Below are positions 39,280 to 51,121 of a stretch of DNA of 64,000 nucleotides, piece by piece (the stretch's first letter is position 1; each line of letters starts with the position of its first letter). A program made the translations under genes and the position numbers. This stretch comes from the human T2T-CHM13v2.0 reference genome, Homo sapiens. Below the pieces are notes generated by a model, which saw only the letters and a program-made list of their open reading frames with translations, searched no databases and was not told the origin of the DNA. The stretch is from NCBI RefSeq assembly GCF_009914755.1, contig NC_060925.1, one strand, 5' to 3'.

Positions 39280-39569
39280 CTGCAGTGGGAGGAGGGTGGA
39301 CAGAGACAGACAGAGGGGCAGAAACAAAGGGTGGCAGACCAGGGGAAGAGACAGATGTAGGGGAAACACGTACCAGGAAAGGTAGATGTGGACACCGAAG
39401 TTGGTACAAACACAGAGACAGACATACACAGAGAAACAGACCACACATAGATGAAGGAGAGGGTAGAATGTGGACAGAAAGATACAAATACGGGGTTAGG
39501 TAGAGGAAAGACAGAACGTCTTGAGTTCTGGCACATTCAGGACCCCCACCCTTGCCTGACTCCTTCTAC

Positions 39570-39678
39570 CTAGATTATCTGTGACAATCAGAGAGCTCTG
39601 GAAGGCCTTGAGAGCATCGCCCACCAGGTGAATGAAGTCCTCCACGACACGGAGCAGGTGCACAGAGCCAGGGGACAC
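39570..39678 (-). CDS. ADGRB2: ADGRB2 exon 14 (GAIN)
   Basis: [20 protein letters not shown]...VTDNL. Confidence 0.95.
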
Positions 39679-39753
39679 CTGGGGACAGAAAGTGTGTAAG
39701 GGTCCAAGGCAGGGTGGGTCACGGGAGGAGAAGCTGGCAGCTGTGCCCCGCAC

Positions 39754-39822
39754 CTGCTGAGCATCGTCCCACTTCTCCTTGTTTTCCGCATCCACCATGA
39801 AGCTCACCACCTGGAAGAAGCG
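39754..39822 (-). CDS. ADGRB2: ADGRB2 exon 13 (GAIN)
   Basis: [23 protein letters not shown]. Confidence 0.95.
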
Positions 39823-39990
39823 CTGAGGAGAGAGCAATGAGTGGCAGGGGGTCCTAGCCCCAGGGAACAGGGGGCTTCCCCCACTATAGCCACACTTGCC
39901 GCCTCTACAGCAGACTCTGCCTAGGGGCCTGGCCTCCCGCTTCAGTTTGGGCCTTCTCCACCCTCCGCCCTCCTTCCTCCTAGGCAGTAC

Positions 39991-40185
39991 CTGCACATCA
40001 TCAGCCGAGGGCACGTAGGTGGCCCTCTTAAAGGTGTCAGTGACATTCCTCAGAATGTCCACAGAGAAGAGCAGGTCCCCACTATAGTAGGTGCGCCGGG
40101 CCAGTAGCTCCTGCAGGCTGCGCACCACCTGCGACATGCCCTCGCCTGCCAGCATGCGCTGCCCCTTGGCCAGGTGCTCCCTAAG
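39991..40185 (-). CDS. ADGRB2: ADGRB2 exon 12 (GAIN)
   Basis: [20 protein letters not shown]...ADDVQ. Confidence 0.95.
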
Positions 40186-40521
40186 CTGTAGGTGATGAGG
40201 GGGCCACAGTCACTGAAGTGTCAGGAGCTGGAACCAGACCCTGGCCCATCCCACTCCAGTCCACCCACTGCTTGCATCCACGGGGAGAGAAAGGGGGAAA
40301 AGGTCAGAGAGGCTCAAAGGGGCACACAGGGGAGACAGAGTCCGAGAAAGAGACTCATAGAGAGAGAGAGAATCCCAAAGGGTACTTTAAAAAAGACTGA
40401 AATAGAAACACCTAGAGAAAAAAGGTGTTCAGATGTACATATAAAAGATATAAGCACAGTATGGGAACAGGGTACCTCCCCATCCCAAAGGGGTCATGTA
40501 CATTCTGGAGTGTAATGAGCA

Positions 40522-40533
40522 TGTGTGTGGGCG

Positions 40534-40576
<43 letters not shown>
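40522..40576. repeat. Compound (TG)4-(GC)6-(AC)17 microsatellite
   Basis: Read directly from the sequence. Confidence 0.95.
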
Positions 40577-40578
<2 letters not shown>

Positions 40579-41022
40579 TCTTTCTCTCTCTCACTCTCTC
40601 TCAACACAAGCTCTAAATGCATTCACACAATTAATACCCAATTACAGTCAAACATGTACACACATTCACTGATGCTACTCTTACCCCATGACTGGCCCTG
40701 GGCTGGATGCTGGGGACACAAAAATAAATTCAAGGAGGCCCCAGTCTAGCAGCACACACAGACACTTGGATGAGCACCTAATGACTGAGGAGCTCATTCT
40801 GCAGGAGCGCAGAGGTAGGCACCAGGGATAAAAGAAGACACTTGAGAGTCAGGCCTTGAGGTATGAGTAGGAGCTTGCCAGACAAGGAGAGGCACAGCCA
40901 GGCAGAAGTGGGCACAGCATATGCCAAGGCACGTGGGAACGAGCGAGAATCACGCTCCCTCCACCCCCTAGCAGAGTCTGAGACAGATTCTGCTGTGCCC
41001 CAGCCCAGCAGGGTGCACTCAC

Positions 41023-41129
41023 TGACAGATACAGGTAGCGGTACTCATGGGAGATGCAGCGAGCAAAGCTGGGCAGCCCCCAGTACGCCACGCCTTGGGC
41101 ACTGAGGAGACAGCGGCGGCTGGCAGACC
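41023..41129 (-). CDS. ADGRB2: ADGRB2 exon 11 (HormR domain)
   Basis: [36 protein letters not shown]. Confidence 0.95.
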
Positions 41130-41273
41130 CTGCAGGGCAATAGGACAGAGGTCTGGGCATGGGGGCCGAGCTCTCACCCACACTCCTCCGTATCTCAGAG
41201 AGGCTGGGGGCGCAGAAGGGGGCAATGAGAATGGCAGGGGTGGTGGTGGTGGGGAAAGCCACCTGCCCCTTAC

Positions 41274-41375
41274 CTGAGGCATTCGGGGGGCACTTGTTGT
41301 AGATGATCTCGCCAGCAGCTGCCTTCTTCCACGTCATCAGCATCACGTACTCATCCCTGCACATCTCATGGAAGG
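41274..41375 (-). CDS. ADGRB2: ADGRB2 exon 10 (HormR domain)
   Basis: [34 protein letters not shown]; CAG|gtaagg. Confidence 0.95.
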
Positions 41376-41449
41376 CTGTGGGTGCAGGGGTAAGGTTCAG
41401 CTGGGTCCACACATGGGGCCCCCAGCCCCCAGGGTCATTAGGGCAGTAC

Positions 41450-41617
41450 CTGGACACCTCTTCTCACTACAAGGCTTCACCTCCTCTCCGGTGCCCTCGC
41501 AGGGGTAGCCCTGCGTGCCCGTGGCCTGGCACATGCGGAAGCGGCGCTGCCAGCCTGTGTCACACGTCTTAGAGCACAGGCTCCACGCATTCCATGGCCC
41601 CCACTTGCTATCAGTGG
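41450..41617 (-). CDS. ADGRB2: ADGRB2 exon 9 (TSR4)
   Basis: [14 protein letters not shown] thrombospondin type-1 motif; 168 nt, phase 1-1. Confidence 0.94.
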
Positions 41618-41702
41618 CTGTGGGAGAGGTGAGGCATATGAGTGGGCCCAGGTACCCCCATGGTCAGAGCTGCAACTTGCCACCACTGTGCCAAGCACTC
41701 AC

Positions 41703-41867
41703 CCGGGCACTCGAGGTTGCTGCACTCCCGGGTGTCAGTGAGGGCACCCGTGCATGTGGCCCAGGCTGGGCCCGCCACGCTGCACTTCCGGCTGCGCTGT
41801 TGGGTCCCATTGGCACAGGACGTGGAGCATGGGCCCCAGGGACCCCATTCTAACCACTGGCCTTCCA
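41703..41867 (-). CDS. ADGRB2: ADGRB2 exon 8 (TSR3)
   Basis: [14 protein letters not shown]; 165 nt, phase 1-1. Confidence 0.95.
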
Positions 41868-42487
41868 CTGCATGGGGAGACACAAGCAGGGGTGGCTGTT
41901 GAGCAGGATGTGTGAGGGCTGGTGGTGTGGAGAACCACAGGAAGACCCAGAGCCTGCTAGGCATTCAGATTTGAGCCAGGCCAGACCCACTGGAGTGGGG
42001 AGGGGAGGGGGTTATGAGGAAGGCTGGAGTGAGCAGGTGGTGCCTGGGCCTCATGCTGCCTGCCTGCCACCAGCTCCAGAAATACAGGACACCTCTCCTC
42101 TTAGCACAAGGCACAACTCACTTCTGGCTAAGGGAAGGGGCTGCAGGGGTGTCTTCTGATCTTTGCCAGCACTTCAGCCCAGCTTTGTGTCCTCTCACAG
42201 TCCAGCTGGCCATGCACCAAAATGCAAGGGCAGCCCAGGGCTTGGAGAAAGAGCTGTCCCCTCTTGATGGCGTCACAGGGTACTAACTCATGTCAGGGCT
42301 AGGGGTCAAGTCAGGGCTAGGGGGTCACCTCGCACACAGGCAGGCATACTTCTCCAGTCTCCCCATGCTTGGTCAAAGTTTAAGGGGCCCCCAGGGGCAG
42401 GTCACTGGACCTGACTGCCTCCCCAGGTCTCCCGACCCCCCACCGGGCTGGGCAGCGCCCTCATGGAAGCCCACGGGTGCTACTGAC

Positions 42488-42652
42488 CCGGGCAGGCAGC
42501 CATACTGCAGAGCTTAGTCTGCAGCTCAGGACCCTCGCAGGCCTTGCCGCCGTGCTGGGGGGGCACGCAGGTCCGCATCCGGCTCCGGGACCCCCGCCCG
42601 CAGCTGCGGGAGCACAGGCTCCAGGACCCCCACTCCTCCCACACGCCGTGCA
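42488..42652 (-). CDS. ADGRB2: ADGRB2 exon 7 (TSR2)
   Basis: [15 protein letters not shown]; 165 nt, phase 1-1. Confidence 0.95.
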
Positions 42653-43842
42653 CTGCAAGGAAGCACGTGGCCGGTGGCTGGGCGGCACCATGGCCCCGCC
42701 CACCACCGGCGCCTGCCCATCCGCCCACCAATCAGGAGCTCCGCAGCTCTGCGGCTGCTCCTCATTGGCTCTGCCCCGGGATCTGTTGCCAGGGGGATCT
42801 CCCAGGGCCCCACCAAGGCGCGACCCTTTGAAGGGATGTGCAAGACACAGGCTTCCGGTCCTAATTCACATAGGACAGCCCCTGTGGACGCCTGGACAAG
42901 GGGGCCAGGACCAACAGGAGGGGAACCAGGGGTCCTCCTCTCCTGAGGGCACAGGAAAATTCAGGAAAGGACCCAGGACCCACGCCATTCCACCCCTCCC
43001 CATCCCACCCACCCCTAGACCCAGAGCCTGAATACAACACAGCAGTCCGGGGGCAAGAGAAGCGCCCTTCCCAGCCCCAAGCGCACAGACACACAAATAA
43101 ACATGAACCTCTACATGGACACCGACACACCGAGCTCACACGCTGGAACACAGCTTTGCCCCAGGCCTTTGCAAACTCCTGCCATACCCCCAGGTACCAA
43201 GAGCCCTTCCCAGGTAGGCCCTGCTCTAAATCCACAGCACCACTGGCATGGCCTAGGCCTCACTTCACCCACTCAGGGAGCAAGGAGCAGGACTGGCTGA
43301 GGCTACCCTGCCCTTGCCGTCTCAAGCAAGCACATGCATTTCCTTAACAACTACACACTCAACTGAGGGAGGCTTAGGGGAGGCTCCCTTGAGAGGGGGT
43401 GTCCAAAGGAAGGAGGGGAAGGTCAGGGAAGTGGCGTTTGTCTTAGATCTTGAAAGACAGGCTGAATTTGAATAGCCAAGGTCAGGGAGAAAGGATAGGA
43501 CAAGAATCAGCAAATGCAGGGAGGTGGGAAAGTGCGCAAGCTACTGATATGGCCAGAGCGGAGTGGGTAAAAACACGAGCCTTGGTTACCAGGATGCAGG
43601 CACTGGGGGAATGATGTGCCCAGAACCGGGCCCAGTAGCATGGGCCCTGGTCTGATCCATCTGTGCCCCCAGTGCCCTGCACCGGGCTGGCATGGTACGC
43701 AGAGTTGGGCATGGTGTGGGGAACAGCCACATTTGTTGAATGAAAGGAGGAGGCAACCAACCATTTTGGAGATTAATCTGCCCAAGTCCCAGGCAGGACC
43801 TAACCCTGCAGGCAGGTGGGGTGGGGAGGAGGATGGGCCTAC

Positions 43843-44007
43843 CTGGGCAGGTGGCTGAATTGTTGCAGGGCCTGGTCTCCCGCAGGGGCCCGCTGCACAG
43901 GGTCCCATAGGGGGAGGACACACAGGAGCGGGTCCGCACCTGCAGACCCTGCCCACACGTCAGGGAACACACGCTCCACGGGGACCACTCCTCAGCCGCC
44001 GGGTCGC
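43843..44007 (-). CDS. ADGRB2: ADGRB2 exon 6 (TSR1)
   Basis: [14 protein letters not shown]; 165 nt, phase 1-1. Confidence 0.95.
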
Positions 44008-44297
44008 CTACGAGAGAGGGACAGCGTCGGCGGCAGGGGGCACCTCCCAAGCACTCAGTCTCATAGGGATAGGGGGAGTGGCAGTAAGGTGGGGGCAGGC
44101 ATCAGAGGGCTCCTCCTACCCTGACCCCAAGTAACAGGCTCTTCAGGAGGCCACCCAGCCCTTCCCACAAGCTTCATGTGGCACAGACGCGACTGAACTG
44201 CAGGACAGAGACAGACAGGCACACACCAAGCACACACACCACCAGACGCACACAGTCGGGCCCCCGCCGCAGAGGAAGGGAGGCGGGCCCGAGTTAC

Positions 44298-44381
44298 CTG
44301 TCTGCGCCATGTATAGCCCAGGCTCATCTGCAGACCTCGGCCACTGGGTTTTCACTTTCGGTTCCTCTTCCGGCTCCTCAC
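44298..44381 (-). CDS. ADGRB2: ADGRB2 exon 5 (linker [28 protein letters not shown])
   Basis: ttccag|GTGAG ... CAG|gtaact; 84 nt. Confidence 0.93.
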
Positions 44382-46599
44382 CTGGAACACGGAGGTGGTG
44401 GCAGGGGCTCAGCAAAGGCCAGCTAGGTTCTGTTACAGTGGCACAGTGAAGGCAGCCTTCCTTGCCCTCCGCCTGAGGGCCTGGAACCAACTGCATGATG
44501 CTCTCTCAGGATCACATTCTGCCCTCTGCCCCACCACCACTATTTCACAGACAAGGAAACTGAGGTTCAGAAGGCTACACAGGACTAGGCCCTGACCTCA
44601 CAGTCATCTTTTCCACCTCTTGCCTCAGCCAGATGTGGGGGAGATTTAAGGGGCATGGCTGCCCATATGAAAGAGCTCTGGGAATGCTTCTGTGCCAAGT
44701 GCGGCCCATAACCCTCTCCTTTAGTCCTCTCACTGGAAAGAAGAACCATCATCTCTGTTTACAGATGAGGAAACTGAGGGCTAGACAGGGGAAGTGCCTT
44801 GTCCAAGAGCACACAGCTGCATTTGCTCCTCCATTGTACTGACTCCTAGGGGCTGAAAAAACATCCAAGCTGAGCTGCTGCAACCCTGGCCCCGAGCCTA
44901 TCTCTGAGATACAGTTCATGCTCCCCAAGCAGCACTGGACTGTGACCTGGAGGCACAGGTCAGAATGCCACTCCTCTGAGACCCAAGGGGCCTAGGGCAA
45001 GTGCCCACATCCAACAGACCTTTCTCCTGCTGGCCCTGAGGCCAGGAGAACAGCAGGTGCTCGAGGAGGCCAGGCTACCTTGACCCTGGCCCCACCAGGC
45101 TCTCAGCTGCCCTGATTTATGTGTCTGGGCTAGGCCTTGGAAGCACTACCAGCCCTGGTGGCTTCCATTCTCCAAAGCCTGGCCCTCCTGCACAGACATG
45201 AGCTCATCAGGGCCCTCTCCCACAATGGGGTGTCAGGGAGGGGCAGACATGGGCACAGAAGGGAAAGGCCCAGCAGCCTCTGCATGAGCAGGTGGGACTG
45301 GAAGAGCCTTTGAGGATGGGCTCACCCCATGCTATCCCCAGACTATTAGGTGCTCCTCTCCCCCACCTCCAGGCTCCTTCCTATCTCTAAAAGCCAGCAG
45401 TACTGGACAGGCACGCTGAGTGTGAAGGGACCCACCAGGGCTGCCTCTTCCTGCCCCCTGCTGCCCAGCCCGGGCTCTGCAGCTGAGAGGAAGCTCTTTC
45501 TCACCAAGCATGAGGAGCAGCCACCCTGAGCAAATCTGCTGCTGGGGGCTCAGAACTGCCACCCAGCCCAGCCTCTGGTCTCATCCACTCTGGGGCCTTT
45601 CCCTCCACGTCAGTCACCAGCCCCAGGGCCTGATCCACATGATCCCTGAAATTTCTCCATCTCTGAAACCTGGACTCCCAGAAGAGCTTTGGAGTGAATT
45701 AACCCTGGATCCCAAATGGGGTGTGGACATTGACCAGCTGTGTGGCCTCGGGCATGTCTCTTCACCTCTCTGACCCTGCTTTATCCTCTGGAGAACAACA
45801 TTCATTATACTCCGCCCCCAGGACTCACGTGAGGACCCCCTGCCAGGAGGGCCTTGAAACCCTCAGCACCCTGCTTGGCACACGGCAAGTGCTCAGAAGA
45901 CAGTCATTCTCGTTTATTTTTATCATCTCCCTTCTCTTCACAGCCTCCACCCCTTCCAGCCCCTCATGTGCCACCCGAGCCTACTCCCTCTGAATAGCAT
46001 CTGCAGTTCCACTTGGCCCCTGCCTCTCTTGGGACCACAGAGGAGGTGGCAGGGCCAGGCGTGCCAGCTCCTCGATCCCCTCCCCCAGCCCTGGAGCCTT
46101 GTGACAAGCTACCCTCTCCACGCCCACCCCCAGGCTGCTGAAGAAATCTATGGCTGTGCCAACTGGCACCATGACAGCTTCAGGGGCTCCACATCCGCTG
46201 GGCGCCCGGGACTTCTCAGTGGCCCTTCTTGGCTCTGTTCCTTCCTCATTCCCCGCTGTGGCCATACTGCACCTTGTCCTCTCTCCTCAAGCTCATCTCT
46301 GCCCACTCTCTCAGCGATGACCTCAACATCGGGAGCCCCCAGCTTCTTGCCCAGCCTCTCCAACTACCAACTTCCCTGCAGCCCTTCTCCCCACAAAGGC
46401 CAGCCCCGTGGCCTGGGCCTGCATCCCCCTCCTCCAGCCTTCTCAGGAGGGCTCCACCCATTATCCCTTCTCATCGGCACCCTGTCAGCATTCTCCCCTT
46501 GCGGCAGCCCAGGAACAGATCCAGGCCTCCTTCGCTCTCGGAGAGGCCCTCCTCTGACCCTCTGTTTCCCTCCTCCGTCAGTGACTGCTCTGCAGCCAG

Positions 46600-47410
46600 C
46601 ACTCTGGTTTTTCACCTGACACTCACTTCCTGGCTCAAATGTCACCTCCCCTGTTAATCCACTGCAGTCTGGCTTCTGCCCACATCTCTCTGCTGAACGT
46701 GCTCTTGATAAAGTCATCAGTGTCCTCCTTGTTGCTAAATCCTGTGGATACTTTGCAGACCTGGTCTCACTTGACCCCTCAGCAGCATTTGGTCCTGCTG
46801 ACTCGTCCTCCCTTGAAGCACTCTCCTGGTTTCCCACCTCTCTAGCTACTCTGTCCCCATCTCCTTGAGGGGTCTATTTTCCTGCTGTTTCCCATATCAG
46901 GAGTCCATGCTTTGTCCTGTTTTCACTGCACGTGCTCCCCACCAGGCTTAATTAACCCCCTCTGAACCAATGCTCCCAAATCATCATCCCCAGGCCCTGC
47001 CTCTCCTGTGCTCCATTCCTGGATATCCTCCTGCCTCCTGAGCAGTTCTCCTGACCATCAAATTCAGCATGTCCAAGAAGCCCACCATCTACTCTCAAAT
47101 CTCTACTTGCTTGTTTCCCCACCCTCTTTGCCTAGAAAACTCCTACTTGACCTTCAAAACCCACCTCAAATGACCTCTCATCTATGGAAACTTCCATATT
47201 GTCAACTCCCCAGGCAGAGTTGGCCACCCCCTCTTCTATGTGCCCTTTCATCACAGATGGGTCCATCTTCTGACTGTCAGAAATACCCCCAACTCTCTAC
47301 CATAAGCCCGTTGAGGGAAGGCTGTGAGTCCTCTCCTTGACCCCCAGGGAATGCCAGCACAAAACTCAGCCCAGCGAAATACCAAGAAATAAGCACCAAT
47401 GAATACATTG
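46600..47410 (+). mobile_element. L2 fragments
   Basis: ccactgcagtctggcttctgccc...ttgctaaatcc...cctcagcagcatttg typical of L2. Confidence 0.6.
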
Positions 47411-49280
47411 TTCCCAGCTTCCCCCACAATGGGGCTCACGAGGAATGGTCATTTGTAATCTTGACTCCCCATGCAAAGTATCAGCTCCGTCCCACAGCAC
47501 CAGCATTCAGATTTGATATGCCAGCCTGCACCAAAGGGACCACTAAGACAGGCTCAAAGACAGAGCTCCTGGCCCCTATTTATTCACAAACACTTTGGAG
47601 GTGCAAATCCAGCTGAGAGTCCTCCCATCCAGCTCCTGTGTGGGCTTCCTGCCCATCGTCGTGTCTGGGGCATCTACCAGTCTGGCATCCAGTGCCCACC
47701 AAATGCGGACACGTGAGAGACCAGCCTGACCTGCTTGTCGGGGTCTCACACTGTTTCCTGTGGTCCCTGCTCCTCTTCTAACCACTCACAGACCATCTGC
47801 TGGCCAGCCCCACAATGTAACAGGAGGGGCAGGGCGAAGCGGGAGTGGGTTGGGGTCAGTGGTTTCCAGAATTCACCCTATTTGAAAATCAGAACATGTC
47901 CGAGGTTCAGTTTTTGGATCCCTTTTCCGGCCTCCTGAGCTGGGCCAGAGAGGGGAAGGTACAAGCCCAAGGCCACACAGCCAGGCCCTACACTGCCTGC
48001 CTGCCCCTCCATTCCCACCCATCCCACTCAGAGGAGAGGAGAGGCCAGCAATTCATTCCCACACAGGGGAAGGCTGGTTCTCCCTGGAGGGGGAAGAAGA
48101 CAGATAAGAGCAGAGGTGTCATTTACTGAAACAAACACTTAGTCAGCACACACTGTGTGCAGGCCCCAGCCAGCCCTGAGGCCAAAACAGGGCAATCCAA
48201 GAGGAAGCTGAGCCAGGCAGGGTCCAAGAGGACAAGGAGGGGCCCCCAGAAGGGACGTGAGTACCCCCAAGAACTCCTGAGTGTTCCACCCAGTGAGCTC
48301 AGCGGCTTGTGGGCCAGGTGCCCCAAGGCCTGCAGTCCTGCAATCTATCAGCTTTCCCGTCGGGCTGCCAGTCATGGGCACAAACAGATGTGCTGCCTGG
48401 GACACACTTCCCCACTTGACCACCTGATAACCTCATAACTATTCTGTTCTGAATAAGGCAACGTTTACTAAACAACTCCTACATGCCAGTCACTGTGCAC
48501 TCAGCATCACCTCATTTCATCCTCATCAGGGCTGGTTTCCCCCATTTTACTAATGAGAAAGGAAGCTCCAAGGTCTCATACTAGAGAGAGGCTGAGGTGG
48601 GATTCAAACCCAGGCCTGCCTGACTCCAGAGGCCGTGCTCTTTCCACTGTACTACACTGGCTCTGACAAAATGCCACTCAACTTGGACCTCCTCGGAGAC
48701 ACCTTCCCTAATTTGCATGGGACCCCGAGTCACTCCCCGCCTCCATCTAAGCCCCTGGTCCTTGCCCCTCTTATCCTGTTTTCGTGCTACTGTTTAATTG
48801 CTCCTTTGCACACCTGCTCCCCTTTCCCCTGACATGAGCCTGATTCTCCTCTGTGTAACCTCCAAAGTGAGCCTCGGGGATCCCAGCCCCAACCACACCA
48901 CTCCCCAGCTGAGGAAGTCTTCAGCGGCTCCTCCACGGCTACAGCCAGAGTGTGAAACTCTGAGCCTGGCATGCTCCGGCCCCTGCTGACCTGTCCAATA
49001 CTGTTTCCCACACCCCACTGGGCAGCCAAGCACACTGCAAAGCCATATGGACCTGTGGAAAGGGCACAGATTCTAGAGCCAGACACATGTGGGTTTGATT
49101 CCCAGCTCTGCCACCGTCTTGCTGTGTACCCTTGGGCAAGACACCTCATCTCTCTGAGCTTCAGATTCTCTGAAGGTAAGGAGGACACTTTCTACCATAT
49201 AGGTTCATTGTGAGAATTCAGTGAAAACAGAGATGTGGACTGTCTGGAGCACAATCCGCTCTCAATGAAAAGGAGATGTC

Positions 49281-49644
<364 letters not shown>

Positions 49645-50984
49645 AGGGAGATGTAACCCCTTTTCATTATCCCTAGAATGTACAAATGCTTTCCTCCCTC
49701 CACACATCTGCTAACACTATTCCCTGCCCTTGAAATACCCTTCCCTCTATTGCAATCTGCCAAAATCATCTACATGTCAGTTGCCACCTCCTCCAGGAAG
49801 CCTTCCTAGACTGACAATACAGTGGTTTCGATATGCTGGTCCTCTTTTCTATGGCCTAGTCCCCAGGCCATCTTCTTCTATACCTGTGAGGATCTTGGGC
49901 TCATCCCTCCTGTGGTCCCTGAGGAAGGGTCTCAGTCTCCCATGCTGCTCTTGTTCAGAGGGCCTAGCTTCTGGGAAGACAGGCATTCAGCAAACATGGG
50001 CCAGATATTGCTGGGAGTTCCTCCACCCCAACCACAGAGAGGCCCCTCTTGCTTCACCCCTGGTGCCAGCAGGCGGGGTGAGCACAGGCTCTTTGTCACT
50101 TGCACAGGACTGCAGATACCTGCTATGCTGTGCTTCACAGACCCCTCCCCCCAAACTCCACACAGTCCTGTGCCCTCAGCCTACTATGGTATGAATGTGT
50201 TAAAAATAACCACAATAATCATCACTTCCACAGGGAGAGAGCGCTGTGATTTACAAAGCAATCGTCCCTTCCCTGGGCTCCCTGCTTCCTTCCTGAGGCT
50301 GGTCCCAGAGCCCTGAGCAGGAGCCGACTGATCCCCTTGACACATGCTCTGTCATGTCCCCCCATGGCACCCCATCCCCAGCAGTGCTTCTTGCACCCCA
50401 CAGTGTATCAGAATCACAGGGCGCAGTGGGGGAAAGAGGTGGCTTTTGAAAGGCACAGGCTCTACCCCTGCAGTCCAATGAAACTGGGTACCCCTATGAG
50501 ATCATGTACCTAGCCAGAATGCCAGACCGCCCCCCCCAATAATTCTTCCTCCCCAGGCTGCTGACCTATCTACTCAGCCTCCCACCACAGAGAGCTGGGT
50601 CCCTGCCACCTCCCCCATGTGGCCAGAAGCTCCTCGAGAGCAGGGATCGTGTCTGACTCAGCCTGCTTCCCCCAAGACGCCCAGTTTCTTGCTGCCATAA
50701 AGCCCTTGGCCAAGAGGATGAGGCCCCAGTGTCCTGGGATGGCAGTCAAAGCCCTGGCCCCGTCTCCCTCCACCAGGGCTACCATCCAGCAGCTCCAGTC
50801 TCTTTATAGCTCCTACCCCCGGCGTGGTTCACACCTCCACGCCCTTGCACAGGCTGTTTCCTCTACCTCGAAAGCCCTTCCTCCTGAGAGCTTCCCCAAA
50901 GCATGGGGCGGAAGATGACTTGGGGCGGCTCACAAATGTGCCATTAAATGACACTGGATCCTGGACTGAGGATGTCAGGCTCTC

Positions 50985-51121
50985 CCAGGTCTCTTCATCA
51001 GTTTGTATGGGATAGTCTGGTTTGTGCCTGTTGTCCTGATGTAATTGATGGTACCCACCTCTTCCCTTTCATAACCTCAGATGTGTCACAGTTTAGATGA
51101 TAAATTACATGGTCACTTTAA
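50985..51121 (-). mobile_element. MER94-like hAT-Blackjack element
   Basis: Reverse complement reads agtgaccatgtaatttatcatctaaactg...ggacaacaggcacaaacc. Confidence 0.6.
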
